Translations under genes and position numbers: made by a program
Shown here: piece by piece, positions 28,848 through 39,978 of the stretch
Position numbering within the stretch: position 1 is the first letter of the stretch
Layout: each line of letters opens with the position of its first letter
Notes under the pieces: model-generated
The model's database searches: none
Seen by the model: the letters and a program-made list of their open reading frames with translations, nothing else
What the model was told of the DNA's origin: nothing
From: an uncultured delta proteobacterium
GTDB taxonomy: Bacteria; Myxococcota; Myxococcia; Myxococcales; Anaeromyxobacteraceae
DNA: 64,000 bases
Direction of reading: 5' to 3'
Assembly: GCA_963828255.1 (NCBI GenBank)
Contig: CAWHDZ010000015.1
Location: 160,001-224,000, forward strand

Positions 28848-30269
28848 ATGTTCCCGAATGTCCTTTCCGCAAGCATCCCTTCGAGCGTCGACTGGAATCC
28901 ACCCGGGCCCCTCGACACCGCGCCTCTCCAGGCAGTGGCGCCCCGGACCGGGGCAGATCCGATCTCGCTGGCCGGCCTCGCCGCCTGCGTCGAGGAGGCC
29001 CAGGTCACGGCCCTCTCGCCCCGGACCAGCCCCCCCGACCCGACGTTCTTCTCCTCCCTCCGCGCCCGGCTGTCGAAGGCCTGCGCGAGCCTCCCGGAGG
29101 CCTACCGATCGGCGGTCGGCGAGCCCCTCCTCCGCAGGCTCGACGACATGGGGCCGGGAGGGTTCGCCCGGCTCCTCTCGATGGACCCGGGGCGGACGGG
29201 GCCGGCCCGGCTCCTGCTCGACGTGGCGCAGGCGGTTCTCCAGAAGGGAGAGGGCTACCAGGAACGCGCCACGTCCGCATTCCAGGAGGTGGTGAGCGAC
29301 CTCTACGAGGGATTCCTCTCCGCCGAGGACCGGCGCGGCGTCCGGCCCCCGGATCACGGCGTCACCCCACCGCTCGTGCGCTGGGGGGAGGCCGAGAGCG
29401 GCCCCTACACCTGGCCCGCCTCCGCCGCCGAGACGTTCGGCGTGGAGGCCGCGGTCGTGAGCCTGCCCGCGGCCAACGCCACGGGCGGGCTCCTCGCCTG
29501 GCCGGCGCTGGCCCACGAGACCGCCGGGCACGACATCCTCGCGGCCGACGACGGACTCCGCGAGGAGCTTTCGCGCGCCGTGAAGAAGAAGGTCCTGGCG
29601 AAGGAGATCGACCCGGCCGTGGCGGCCTACTGGTCGGAGCGGGTGGACGAGGCTGCGGCGGACGTCCTCGGGGTCCTCAACATGGGGCCAGCCGCTGCGG
29701 TCGGGATGCTGGGCTACTTCCGCGCGCTCAACGGCGCCTGGCGCGGGGTTCCCGAACTGCGCAGCGCGGGGAGGGAGGAGGACCCGCACCCCGCGGACAT
29801 CGCGCGCGCCTACCTGGCGGCCGAGACGGTCCGGCTTCTCTCGTTCGAGGGGGCGGCCCGGTGGGCCGACCGGTTGGCGGCGGAGGCCGACCGCGACCTC
29901 GGGACGGTCCGCCTGGGCGACGTGACGGTCCCGGCCGGAGTCGCCCGGGCGTCGGCTGCCGCGGTCGCGCAGGCCATCGTGCGGACCCGGGTGCGGTCGC
30001 TGGAGGGTCACTCGCTCGGGGAGATCCAGGACTGGACCGACAGGGACGAGGCCATCGTCGCGACCCTGCGCGGGGAGATGGGTGGTCCCGGAGCGGGAGG
30101 GCGCGCGCCCGGGAAATACGTGAAGGGGGCCTACGCAGCCCACGCGGTGGCGGCGGCGGTGTACGAGGCTGCCGCCGGAGGTTCGAGCCCGGTCGAGGTG
30201 ATGGACAGGATGGTGGGAGTCCTGGCGGCGATGCACGACCGGAACCCCGACTGGAAGGCGGACGTCTAG
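28848..30269 (+). CDS. Hypothetical protein with zincin-like HExxxH...ExxAD motif
   Basis: GGAGG RBS; host-like codon usage; LAHETAGHD and VDEAAADVLG. Confidence 0.65.
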   Translation: MFPNVLSASIPSSVDWNPPGPLDTAPLQAVAPRTGADPISLAGLAACVEEAQVTALSPRTSPPDPTFFSSLRARLSKACASLPEAYRSAVGEPLLRRLDDMGPGGFARLLSMDPGRTGPARLLLDVAQAVLQKGEGYQERATSAFQEVVSDLYEGFLSAEDRRGVRPPDHGVTPPLVRWGEAESGPYTWPASAAETFGVEAAVVSLPAANATGGLLAWPALAHETAGHDILAADDGLREELSRAVKKKVLAKEIDPAVAAYWSERVDEAAADVLGVLNMGPAAAVGMLGYFRALNGAWRGVPELRSAGREEDPHPADIARAYLAAETVRLLSFEGAARWADRLAAEADRDLGTVRLGDVTVPAGVARASAAAVAQAIVRTRVRSLEGHSLGEIQDWTDRDEAIVATLRGEMGGPGAGGRAPGKYVKGAYAAHAVAAAVYEAAAGGSSPVEVMDRMVGVLAAMHDRNPDWKADV

Positions 30270-30610
30270 GCGCGAGCCCGGGCCACCGCAACCGCCGCCA
30301 GCGCAGGAACCGGCTCGTCCTCCGAGTGGCTCCGGCCGTCGGCCTCGACACGTGCGAACCAGCGCGCGGCGCGCCCCTTCAGCTCACGCCAGCGCTGGTC
30401 CTCCGGCGAGGCCCCGGGGATCGCGGCTCCGGAGGCGCGCGGCGACGCGGCCACCCTGCGGCCGAGCGCCCCGCGCTCGAAGACCTCGCCGTAGGCGGAG
30501 CAGAGGGTCCGCTTGCAGAACGGACACTGGTAGTAACGGGTGGGGGAGCCGGCGGCGCACCAGCTCGTCATCAGGACGCCGCACTGCGTGCACTCCACGA
30601 GCGATTCCAT
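30266..30610 (-). CDS. Small zinc-ribbon protein
   Basis: CTQC and CPFC; promoter-like TTGACG-17-TATCAA at 30649-30621. Confidence 0.65.
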   Translation of the reverse strand: MESLVECTQCGVLMTSWCAAGSPTRYYQCPFCKRTLCSAYGEVFERGALGRRVAASPRASGAAIPGASPEDQRWRELKGRAARWFARVEADGRSHSEDEPVPALAAVAVARARA

Positions 30611-30659
30611 TTGCCATCCGTTGATATCGGCCCATGATCCACCCGTCAAGAATCCAGCC

Positions 30660-31589
30660 ATGACCACTGCCGTGAGCATCGACGGAGTTCTCGTCCCGGC
30701 CGGGGAGGCCCGGGTCCCGGTCTTCGACCGCGGCTTCCTCTACGGCGACAGCGTCTACGAGGTGGTCCGCACCTACGACCTCGCGCCCTTCGAGCTCGCG
30801 GCCCACCTGGCGCGGCTGGCCGCCTCGGCGGAGCGGATCTTCCTGCCGCTCCCCTGGTCCGCACAGCGGCTCGAGCAGGAGATCCTGCGGGTCCTTCAGG
30901 CTTCCCGCGGCGACGACGAGGCCGATCCGGCCGCTGCGCCCTGGAACCGGGGTGAACGTTCCGTCCGGGTCGTCGTCACCCGCGGCAGCGGCGAGATGGG
31001 GCTCGATCCGGCCCTCGCCACACGGCCGCTGGTGGCCATCCTGGCGCTTCCCCTCCGCGGCCCGCCCCTCGCGGCGTACCGGGAGGGTGTATCGGCCTGG
31101 CCCTTCGGCGGTCCTGGCGCGCCCCTCCGGGGTGGCGACCCGGGCGCGAAGACCGGGGAGCACCTGTTCCATGTCCTCGCCATGCGGGAGGCCCGTGCCC
31201 ACGAGGGGCACGAGGCGCTCCTCGTCGATCGGGGCGGCTGCGTGACCGAGGGAGCCAGCTCCAACGTGTTCGCGGTCCGCGGAGGGATCCTGGAGACGCC
31301 TCCCATCCAGGCCGGCATCCTGGCCGGAGTCACCCGGGCCCGCGTCATCGCGCTCGCCCGCGAGCTCGGCGTCGCGGTCCGGGAAGCGCCCCTTCCGCTC
31401 GCGTCCCTGAACGCCGCCGACGAGGCCTTCCTCACCTCGACGGTGCGGGAGATCCTGCCGCTCGTCCGGGTGGGGGACCGGGCCGTCGGGACGGGCGCGC
31501 CAGGACCCGTGACGGCCCGGATCCACGCTTCCTTCCGGTATCGCGCCGGCGGTGGTCACGAATCTGGAAAGGTCGCCGGCGGGGAGTAG
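30660..31589 (+). CDS. Class IV PLP aminotransferase (IlvE/PabC/Dat family)
   Basis: DRGFLYGDSVYE, HLARL, AKT, TEGASSNVF, ILAGVTR, DEAFLTST. Confidence 0.9.
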   Translation: MTTAVSIDGVLVPAGEARVPVFDRGFLYGDSVYEVVRTYDLAPFELAAHLARLAASAERIFLPLPWSAQRLEQEILRVLQASRGDDEADPAAAPWNRGERSVRVVVTRGSGEMGLDPALATRPLVAILALPLRGPPLAAYREGVSAWPFGGPGAPLRGGDPGAKTGEHLFHVLAMREARAHEGHEALLVDRGGCVTEGASSNVFAVRGGILETPPIQAGILAGVTRARVIALARELGVAVREAPLPLASLNAADEAFLTSTVREILPLVRVGDRAVGTGAPGPVTARIHASFRYRAGGGHESGKVAGGE

Positions 31590-31609
31590 ATTCGCCATCG
31601 GAGGTCGAG

Positions 31610-32140
31610 ATGATCGGCGACGGCGACGATTCGGGCATGAGCAAGCGGAGGATGCGGAACTTCCTGGTGCACCCGGGAATCCAGCTCCGGCTCGTCAGCC
31701 ACATGCTGCTCGTGGCGACCGCCATCGGCAGCGGACTCTCGGTGATGGTCTGGACCGCCGGGCAGGACGCCGGGCCCGGTCTCGTCCTGGGCGCCGCGCT
31801 CGCGGGAGCGGTCCCCGGCCTGCTCGTCCTCGCCGTCGTCCTCACGCACCGCGTGGCCGGGCCCGCGGTGGCGCTGGCCCACACCTGCCGCCGCGTGGGC
31901 GGCGGCGATCTCTCGTTGCCCCGCCCTCTCCGCCGCCGCGACCTCCTCGGCGACCTCGCCGACGAGGTGGCGCTGATGGTCGAGGGGCTCCGCGAGCAGG
32001 AGGCGGAGGAGCGGGCGCTGCTCGCCGACGCCGCCAACCGGCTCCGCCGCGCCGGGGAGTTCGCCGGCGGGAGCGACATCGCGACCCGCCTCGAGGTCCT
32101 GGCCGTCCGCAAGAGCCAGCGCCTCGGCCTCTTCGCGTGA
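31610..32140 (+). CDS. Small two-TM HAMP-domain protein
   Basis: Two hydrophobic helices then THRVAGP...GDLS...LRRRD; GGAGG RBS. Confidence 0.6.
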   Translation: MIGDGDDSGMSKRRMRNFLVHPGIQLRLVSHMLLVATAIGSGLSVMVWTAGQDAGPGLVLGAALAGAVPGLLVLAVVLTHRVAGPAVALAHTCRRVGGGDLSLPRPLRRRDLLGDLADEVALMVEGLREQEAEERALLADAANRLRRAGEFAGGSDIATRLEVLAVRKSQRLGLFA

Positions 32141-33783
32141 GTTCCGGGCTCCTGGCCGCCCTGGCGGCCGCCGGTGCGCTGGCGGCCGCGGCGACGCCGG
32201 AGGACCTCCCGCCACCCCTCCCACCTCCGCTGCTGGCCGCCGACCCGCTTCCGGGCGCCGATCCCGCGCCCGGAGATCCGCTGGAACGGCTCTGGAGCCA
32301 CCGTCTCGACTTCGCGGGAGGGGAGCCGGTGATCGCCATCCGCATCCTGGAGCAGCGGGACGAGGTGGCGCTCTCGCCCCGCGGCGCCTCGGTGCTCGAG
32401 TTCCGCGGGGCGGCGCCGGTCCGGCTGCCCCCGGGGGCGAAGGTCCGCGCCCGCGTGCGGGGCGGCGTGCGCGCAGCGCTCTCCTGGAGCCCGCTGCTGG
32501 CCCAGTTCGAGTCGCGCGACCGGGCCGGGGTCCAGCGCGCCCGCGACCTCTGGGCCTCGCGCGGCGTCGCCACCCGCACCCGCGCCACCGGCGGCGTGTA
32601 CGGGATCGCCGGCCACGTGATCGACAACCGGAGGACCCTGGTCCTCGCCGACGGCCCGTTCACCGAGGCGAGCGCCACCGACTTCGCCGCCGACGCCTGG
32701 CGGCGATGGGGCGAGCGGCCCGAGCCCACACCGGAGGTCGAGACCCGTCCGTCCGGCGCCGTGGAGGTCCTGGGGAGCCGCGGCGAGGTGATCGGCAGCG
32801 GCGACCGGCTGGTGGTTCTCGACGGGCGAGGAGAGGCCGTCGCCGTGGACGGGCGCAGCTACCGGGGGACGCTCCAGCTCACGGTGGATGCGAACGGCCG
32901 GCTCGCCGTGGTCCTCCTGGTCGATCTCGAGCACCTCCTGCGCGGGCTCGTGCCGAGCGAGATGCCGGCCGGTTCGCCGGCCGAGGCGCTTCGGGCCCAG
33001 GCGGTCACGGCCCGATCCAACGTCCTCGCCCAGATCGGAACGCGCCACCTCGCCGACCCCTGGTCGATCTGCAGCGACGTCCACTGCCAGATGTACCGGG
33101 GCGAGGCGGCCCACGTGGCCAGCACGGACGCCGCCGTCCGGGCCACGCGGGGGGAGGCCCTCTTCGAGCTGCTCGGCGGGCGGCTCGTGGACGGGGTCTA
33201 CTCGGCCATGTGCGGCGGGCACGGCGAGGACAACGAGATGGTCTGGGGCGGCACCCCCAGCCCGAGCCTGCGGGGCCGCCCCGACCTCGGCGCTGCGGAT
33301 GCCGCGGAGTGGGCCGGGGGGCTGTCGTCGGAGGGGAGGGTGGCGGCCTTCATCGCAGCGGCCCCCCCCGCCTGGTGCGCGCGTGCGCCGGGTGCGCGCC
33401 CCGACCGCTTCCGATGGGAACGGCGGCTTCCGCAGGCCGAGGTGGACCGCCTTCTCGCCCCGCTCGGGCTGGGGGAGATCGACGCCCTCGCGGTGGTGCG
33501 CCGGGGGACGTCCGGGCGCGCCGTCTCCCTGCGCGTGGACGGGGAGCGGGGGAGCGCCACGGTCCACGGGGAGCTGCGCATCCGGCGGCTGCTCGGCGAC
33601 CTGCCCTCGGCCATGTTCGTGCTCGCGCCCCTCCCGGACGGGTGGTCGTTCCAGGGTGGCGGGTGGGGTCACGGCGTGGGCATGTGCCAGTGGGGCGCCA
33701 TCGGGCGCGCCGCCGCCGGCCAGGAGCACCGGCGCATCCTGGGCGCCTACTTCTCCGGCGCCGGCGTGGCCCGCATCTACTAG
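32137..33783 (+). CDS. SpoIID/LytB domain protein (second, longer paralog)
   Basis: Signal peptide; YRGTL, LRGLVPSEM, EALRAQAVTARS, YSAMCGG, GWGHGVGMCQWGA. Confidence 0.85.
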   Translation: MSSGLLAALAAAGALAAAATPEDLPPPLPPPLLAADPLPGADPAPGDPLERLWSHRLDFAGGEPVIAIRILEQRDEVALSPRGASVLEFRGAAPVRLPPGAKVRARVRGGVRAALSWSPLLAQFESRDRAGVQRARDLWASRGVATRTRATGGVYGIAGHVIDNRRTLVLADGPFTEASATDFAADAWRRWGERPEPTPEVETRPSGAVEVLGSRGEVIGSGDRLVVLDGRGEAVAVDGRSYRGTLQLTVDANGRLAVVLLVDLEHLLRGLVPSEMPAGSPAEALRAQAVTARSNVLAQIGTRHLADPWSICSDVHCQMYRGEAAHVASTDAAVRATRGEALFELLGGRLVDGVYSAMCGGHGEDNEMVWGGTPSPSLRGRPDLGAADAAEWAGGLSSEGRVAAFIAAAPPAWCARAPGARPDRFRWERRLPQAEVDRLLAPLGLGEIDALAVVRRGTSGRAVSLRVDGERGSATVHGELRIRRLLGDLPSAMFVLAPLPDGWSFQGGGWGHGVGMCQWGAIGRAAAGQEHRRILGAYFSGAGVARIY

Positions 33784-33820
33784 ACTGGCCCGACAAGCCG
33801 CTCCCCACCGGAGGCCCCAC

Positions 33821-35455
33821 ATGCGCGGACTGATGATGGACTACGAGCTGACGCTGCTGCCGATCTTCGACCGTGCCGGGAGGTACTTCCCCGACGTCGA
33901 GCTCGTCTCCCGCTGGCCGGACAAGTCGATCCAGCGTTCCACTTATGGTGAATTCCACAAGCGGGTGCAGAAGCTGGCCAACGCGCTGGTGCGCCTGGGG
34001 CTGAAGCCGGGCGACCGGGTCGCCACCCTGGGGTGGAACCACGCCCGCCACCTGGAGGCCTACTTCGCCATCCCGCTGGCCGGGGGCGTGCTGCACACCC
34101 TCAACCCGCGCCTCTCCGGCCAGGACCTGGCCTACATCATGAACCACGCCGAGGACCGATTCCTGCTCGTCGACGACGTGCTCCTGCCGGTGTACGAGCG
34201 CTTCCACAAGGACGTGAACCTGCGCGCGGTGGTGGTCTGGACCCACGGGCACGCGGCTCCGGACTTCGCCATCGACTACGAGCAGATGATCGAGCCCGAG
34301 ATGAACTCCTTCGCCTTCCCGAACCTCGAGGAGGGGCAGGCGGCGGGGCTCTGCTACACGTCGGGAACCACCGGGAGGCCCAAGGGCGTCGTCTACTCCC
34401 ACCGCGCCCTGGTCCTCCACTCCATGGTGTCGGCCCTGCCGGACGCGCTCGGCCTCTCCTGCGGCGACGCCATGCTGCCGGTGGTGCCCATGTTCCACGT
34501 CAACGCCTGGGGGCTTCCCTTCACTGCCACCATGGTGGGCACGAAGCAGGTCTTCCCGGGGCCCCACCTGGACGCCAGGAGCCTGCTCGAGCTGTTCCAG
34601 AAGGAGAAGGTGACGCTCACCGCCGGCGTTCCCACCGTCTGGCTGGGCATCCTCGACGAGCTGGATCGCAACCCCGGCGTCTGGGACACCTCGTCGATCA
34701 AGGCCATGATCGTCGGGGGCGCGGCCGCGCCGAGGGCGATGATCGAGGGGTTCGACAAGCGGCACGGGCTCCGCGTCATCCACGCCTGGGGCATGACCGA
34801 GACCACACCGCTCGGCACCGTGGCCCGGTTGAAGCCCCACCTCGAGAAGGCCACCGAGGAGGAGCGGCTGCGCATGCGGTCCGCGCAGGGGATCCCGGTC
34901 CCCTTCGTCGAGACCCGGGTCGTCGGGGAGGACGGCGCGGTGCCGCCGGACGGAAGGTCCATGGGAGAGCTTCAGGTGCGCGGGCCCTGGGTGGCGAAGA
35001 GCTACTTCCAGAACCCGGCCGAGGCCGACAAGTTCACCATGGACGGTTGGTTCCGGACGGGAGACATCGTCACCGTGGACGGGGAGGGGTACGTCCGCAT
35101 CACCGACCGCTCCAAGGACCTCATCAAGTCGGGCGGGGAGTGGATCAGCTCGGTGGACCTGGAGAACGCCCTCATGGGCCACCCTTCGGTGAAGGAGGCC
35201 GCGGTGGTGGCGGTGGCGCACCCGCGCTGGGGTGAGCGGCCGGTGGCCGCGGTCGTGCTGAAGGAAGGGGCGAAGGCCACGCCCCACGAGCTGACCGAGT
35301 ACCTCACGCCCCTCTTCGCCCGCTACTGGCTGCCCGACGCCTTCGTCTACATGGACGCCATCCCGCGCAACGCCACCGGCAAGTTCCTCAAGTCGGCGCT
35401 GCGGGAACAGCTCAAGGACCACCGCTGGGAGGAGTCCCCGGTCCCGGGCCGCTGA
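33821..35455 (+). CDS. Fatty-acid--CoA ligase (AMP-binding)
   Basis: [42 protein letters not shown]. Confidence 0.9.
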   Translation: MRGLMMDYELTLLPIFDRAGRYFPDVELVSRWPDKSIQRSTYGEFHKRVQKLANALVRLGLKPGDRVATLGWNHARHLEAYFAIPLAGGVLHTLNPRLSGQDLAYIMNHAEDRFLLVDDVLLPVYERFHKDVNLRAVVVWTHGHAAPDFAIDYEQMIEPEMNSFAFPNLEEGQAAGLCYTSGTTGRPKGVVYSHRALVLHSMVSALPDALGLSCGDAMLPVVPMFHVNAWGLPFTATMVGTKQVFPGPHLDARSLLELFQKEKVTLTAGVPTVWLGILDELDRNPGVWDTSSIKAMIVGGAAAPRAMIEGFDKRHGLRVIHAWGMTETTPLGTVARLKPHLEKATEEERLRMRSAQGIPVPFVETRVVGEDGAVPPDGRSMGELQVRGPWVAKSYFQNPAEADKFTMDGWFRTGDIVTVDGEGYVRITDRSKDLIKSGGEWISSVDLENALMGHPSVKEAAVVAVAHPRWGERPVAAVVLKEGAKATPHELTEYLTPLFARYWLPDAFVYMDAIPRNATGKFLKSALREQLKDHRWEESPVPGR

Positions 35456-35723
35456 CGTCCCCGCCACCGGCGTCCGCGCCGCCCAGGTGCAGGCTGTGGC
35501 GCCGCTCCCGGCGCCGCGACTGCCAGGCCACCACGCCGGCCGTGAGCAGCGCGAGCAGCCCCACGAGCGCCATCACCAGCGCGAGCCGCTCGCCCAGCAC
35601 CCGATCGGCGCCGGCCTGCGTCAGGGCCGCGCTCCGGGTCTCGAGCGCGCGCCACACCATGAACCCGCCCCCGACCAGGAGGAGGGCCACCCGCAAGAGG
35701 AGACGCCCGCGCGAGATCCGCAC
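35412..35723 (-). CDS. Small two-TM membrane protein
   Basis: Two hydrophobic helices; follows sdhB on the same strand; 3' end overlaps the ligase. Confidence 0.5.
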   Translation of the reverse strand: MRISRGRLLLRVALLLVGGGFMVWRALETRSAALTQAGADRVLGERLALVMALVGLLALLTAGVVAWQSRRRERRHSLHLGGADAGGGDVSGPGPGTPPSGGP

Positions 35724-35755
35724 GGGCGTCCTCTACCGCAGCCTCACGCCGGGGT

Positions 35756-36522
35756 CTAGCCGCCGCCGCCGGCCGCTTCCTCGCGGAAGGTGAGGGTCCC
35801 GGCCAGGTAGTCCTTGTTCATGCGGGCGATGAAGTCGAGCTTCAGCCCCTTGGGGCAGGCCTCGGCGCAGGCGCCGATGACCGTGCAGCCGCCGAACCCC
35901 TCGTCGGAGTGGCGGGTCACCATGTTGAGGGCGCGCTGCTTCCGCTCCGGCTCGCCCTGGGGCAGGAGCCCGAGGTGCGAGATCTTCCCGCCCGTGAAGA
36001 GCGAGGCCGAGGCATTGGGGCAGGCCGCCACGCAGGCGCCGCATCCGATGCAGGATGCGGCGTCCATGGACAGGTCCGACTCCTTCTTGCCCACCAGGAT
36101 GCTGTTGGCGTCGCGGGGGCCGCCGGCGTTGATGGAGACGTACCCGCCCGCCATGACGATGCGGTCGAGCGCGCTGCGGTCGATGGCCAGGTCCTTGATG
36201 ATCGGGAAGGCCTTGGCCCGGAAGGGCTCGAGCCGCAGGGTCTCCCCGTCGTGGAAGTGGCGCATGTGCAGCTGGCACACCGTGGTGAGGGGCTGCGGCC
36301 CGTGCGGGTAACCGTTGACCACGAAGCCGCACATGCCGCAGATGCCCTCGCGGCAGTCGCTGTCGAAGGCCACGGGCTCCTCGCCCTTGCCGATGAGCTC
36401 CTGGTTGAGCACGTCGAGCATCTCCAGGAACGACATGTGCTCGCTGACCTCGGGGAGGTCGTAGCGGGCGAAGCGGCCGGCGTCCTGGGCGTCCTTCTGG
36501 CGCCAGATCTCGAGCGTCAGTC

Positions 36523-36526
<4 letters not shown>
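35756..36526 (-). CDS. sdhB: Succinate dehydrogenase/fumarate reductase Fe-S subunit
   Basis: [35 protein letters not shown]. Confidence 0.93.
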
Positions 36527-38439
<1,913 letters not shown>

Positions 38440-38450
38440 CCGTGTCACCT

Positions 38451-39158
38451 CTAGAGGCGGATCAGGCCGGTGACGACGCCGGCCGGAATGGTGAGATAGG
38501 CGATGGAGAGGAAGACGCCGACGAGAAGGGCGACCTTCATGATGGTCGGGGTCCAGAGCGGCTGCCGGAACCCGAGGGACTGCCACAGGGAGTAGAGCCC
38601 GTGGGACAGGTGGAACCCGAGGCCGACGATGGAGGCCGAGTAGAAGATCACCTTGCCCCAGTTCCGGAAGGTGCCGACCAGGTTCTGGTAGGCCTCGCCC
38701 TCCACGAACCCGGAGTGGACGAAGGCGGCGCCCAGGGTGAGGTCGAGCAGGTGGAAGACCAGGAAGCCCAGCGTGAGCAGGCCGGTCCAGATCATGGTCT
38801 TCGAGGACGGGGTGGCCGGGTTGGCCAGCGGCACGCGGTAGGGCTGCGGGCGGGCCTCGCGCGAGCGCAGCCAGAGCTGGATGCCGGCCGTGGCGTGGAG
38901 GATGAGGGCCGCCAGCATGATGATGCGCGTGGGCCAGACGATGGCCTTGGTGTTCTGCAGGAACTGGGCGTAGGCGTTGAACTTCGCCGCGCCCTGGAAC
39001 GCCTGCATGTTGCCGAGGAGGTGGCCGACGACGAAGGTGAACAGGAGGATGCCGGTCACGGCGGAGACGAACTTCTTTCCGACCTGGCTCTGCCAGAAGA
39101 CGGCGAGCCGGGAGACCTTGACCGGCGCTGCGGTGCTGGCGGTTGCGACGCTCATCAT
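38451..39158 (-). CDS. sdhC: Succinate dehydrogenase cytochrome b subunit (b558 type)
   Basis: [21 protein letters not shown] helices with His ligands, HLSHG..S.WQSLG. Confidence 0.9.
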   Translation of the reverse strand: MMSVATASTAAPVKVSRLAVFWQSQVGKKFVSAVTGILLFTFVVGHLLGNMQAFQGAAKFNAYAQFLQNTKAIVWPTRIIMLAALILHATAGIQLWLRSREARPQPYRVPLANPATPSSKTMIWTGLLTLGFLVFHLLDLTLGAAFVHSGFVEGEAYQNLVGTFRNWGKVIFYSASIVGLGFHLSHGLYSLWQSLGFRQPLWTPTIMKVALLVGVFLSIAYLTIPAGVVTGLIRL

Positions 39159-39250
39159 CACCCCTCTGGGGCTGAAGGTGACACCGTCCTGGTCTCGATC
39201 CGCCGGGCGGCGGAGGTTCTCGGGCGCGAGCCGGGGCGATTGGGGCGGCG

Positions 39251-39279
39251 ATTCTACGCATCGGCACCATGCGAAGGAA
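39251..39279 (-). promoter_or_regulatory. Candidate sigma70 promoter of sdhCAB with palindromic spacer
   Basis: Minus strand TTCCTT-17-TAGAAT; spacer is CGCAT-N7-ATGCG. Confidence 0.45.
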
Positions 39280-39396
39280 GAAGAATTGCGCCCAAATAAA
39301 GGGGACGAAATCGGTCCGTTTTCTGTGAGTGAATGACGCAGCGAATCACCCGGAATGCGCTCCACCTCCGCGGCCAGGAACGCTAGATTCGACGCG

Positions 39397-39978
39397 GTGA
39401 AGGACATCTGCGTCTTCTGCGGCTCGGCGAACGGCCGGCGTCCCTCCTACGCCCGGGCGGCCCGCGCCTTCGGGGCGGCGCTGGCCGGAAAGGGGTACGG
39501 CCTCGTCTACGGGGGGGGCAGCATCGGTCTCATGGGCGTGGTGGCCGACGCCGCGATGGAGGGGGGCGCCTCGGCCGTCGGGGTGATCCCCCGCGCGCTC
39601 TTCCGGCGGGAGATCGCCCACCACGGTCTCACCCGGCTGGAGGTGGTCCCTTCCATGCACGCCCGGAAGGCCCGGATGGCCCGGCTCTCCGACGCATTCG
39701 TGGCCCTGCCGGGCGGCATCGGCACGCTGGAGGAGCTCTTCGAGGTCCTGACCTGGGGTTACCTGGGGATCCACGCCAAGCCCACCGGCCTCCTCGACGT
39801 GGGCGGGTACTGGCGGCCGCTCATCCGCCTCCTCGACCACGCGGTGGAGGAGGGATTCCTGCGCCCCGCCCACCGGAAGCTGGTGGTGGTGGATCGAAGC
39901 CCGGCCCGCCTCCTCGAGCGGCTGGCAAGGCACCGGATCCCCCCATCGACCCGCTGGATCGACGAGAAGGAGACCTAG
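39397..39978 (+). CDS. LOG family nucleotide phosphoribohydrolase
   Basis: [32 protein letters not shown]. Confidence 0.9.
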   Translation: MKDICVFCGSANGRRPSYARAARAFGAALAGKGYGLVYGGGSIGLMGVVADAAMEGGASAVGVIPRALFRREIAHHGLTRLEVVPSMHARKARMARLSDAFVALPGGIGTLEELFEVLTWGYLGIHAKPTGLLDVGGYWRPLIRLLDHAVEEGFLRPAHRKLVVVDRSPARLLERLARHRIPPSTRWIDEKET

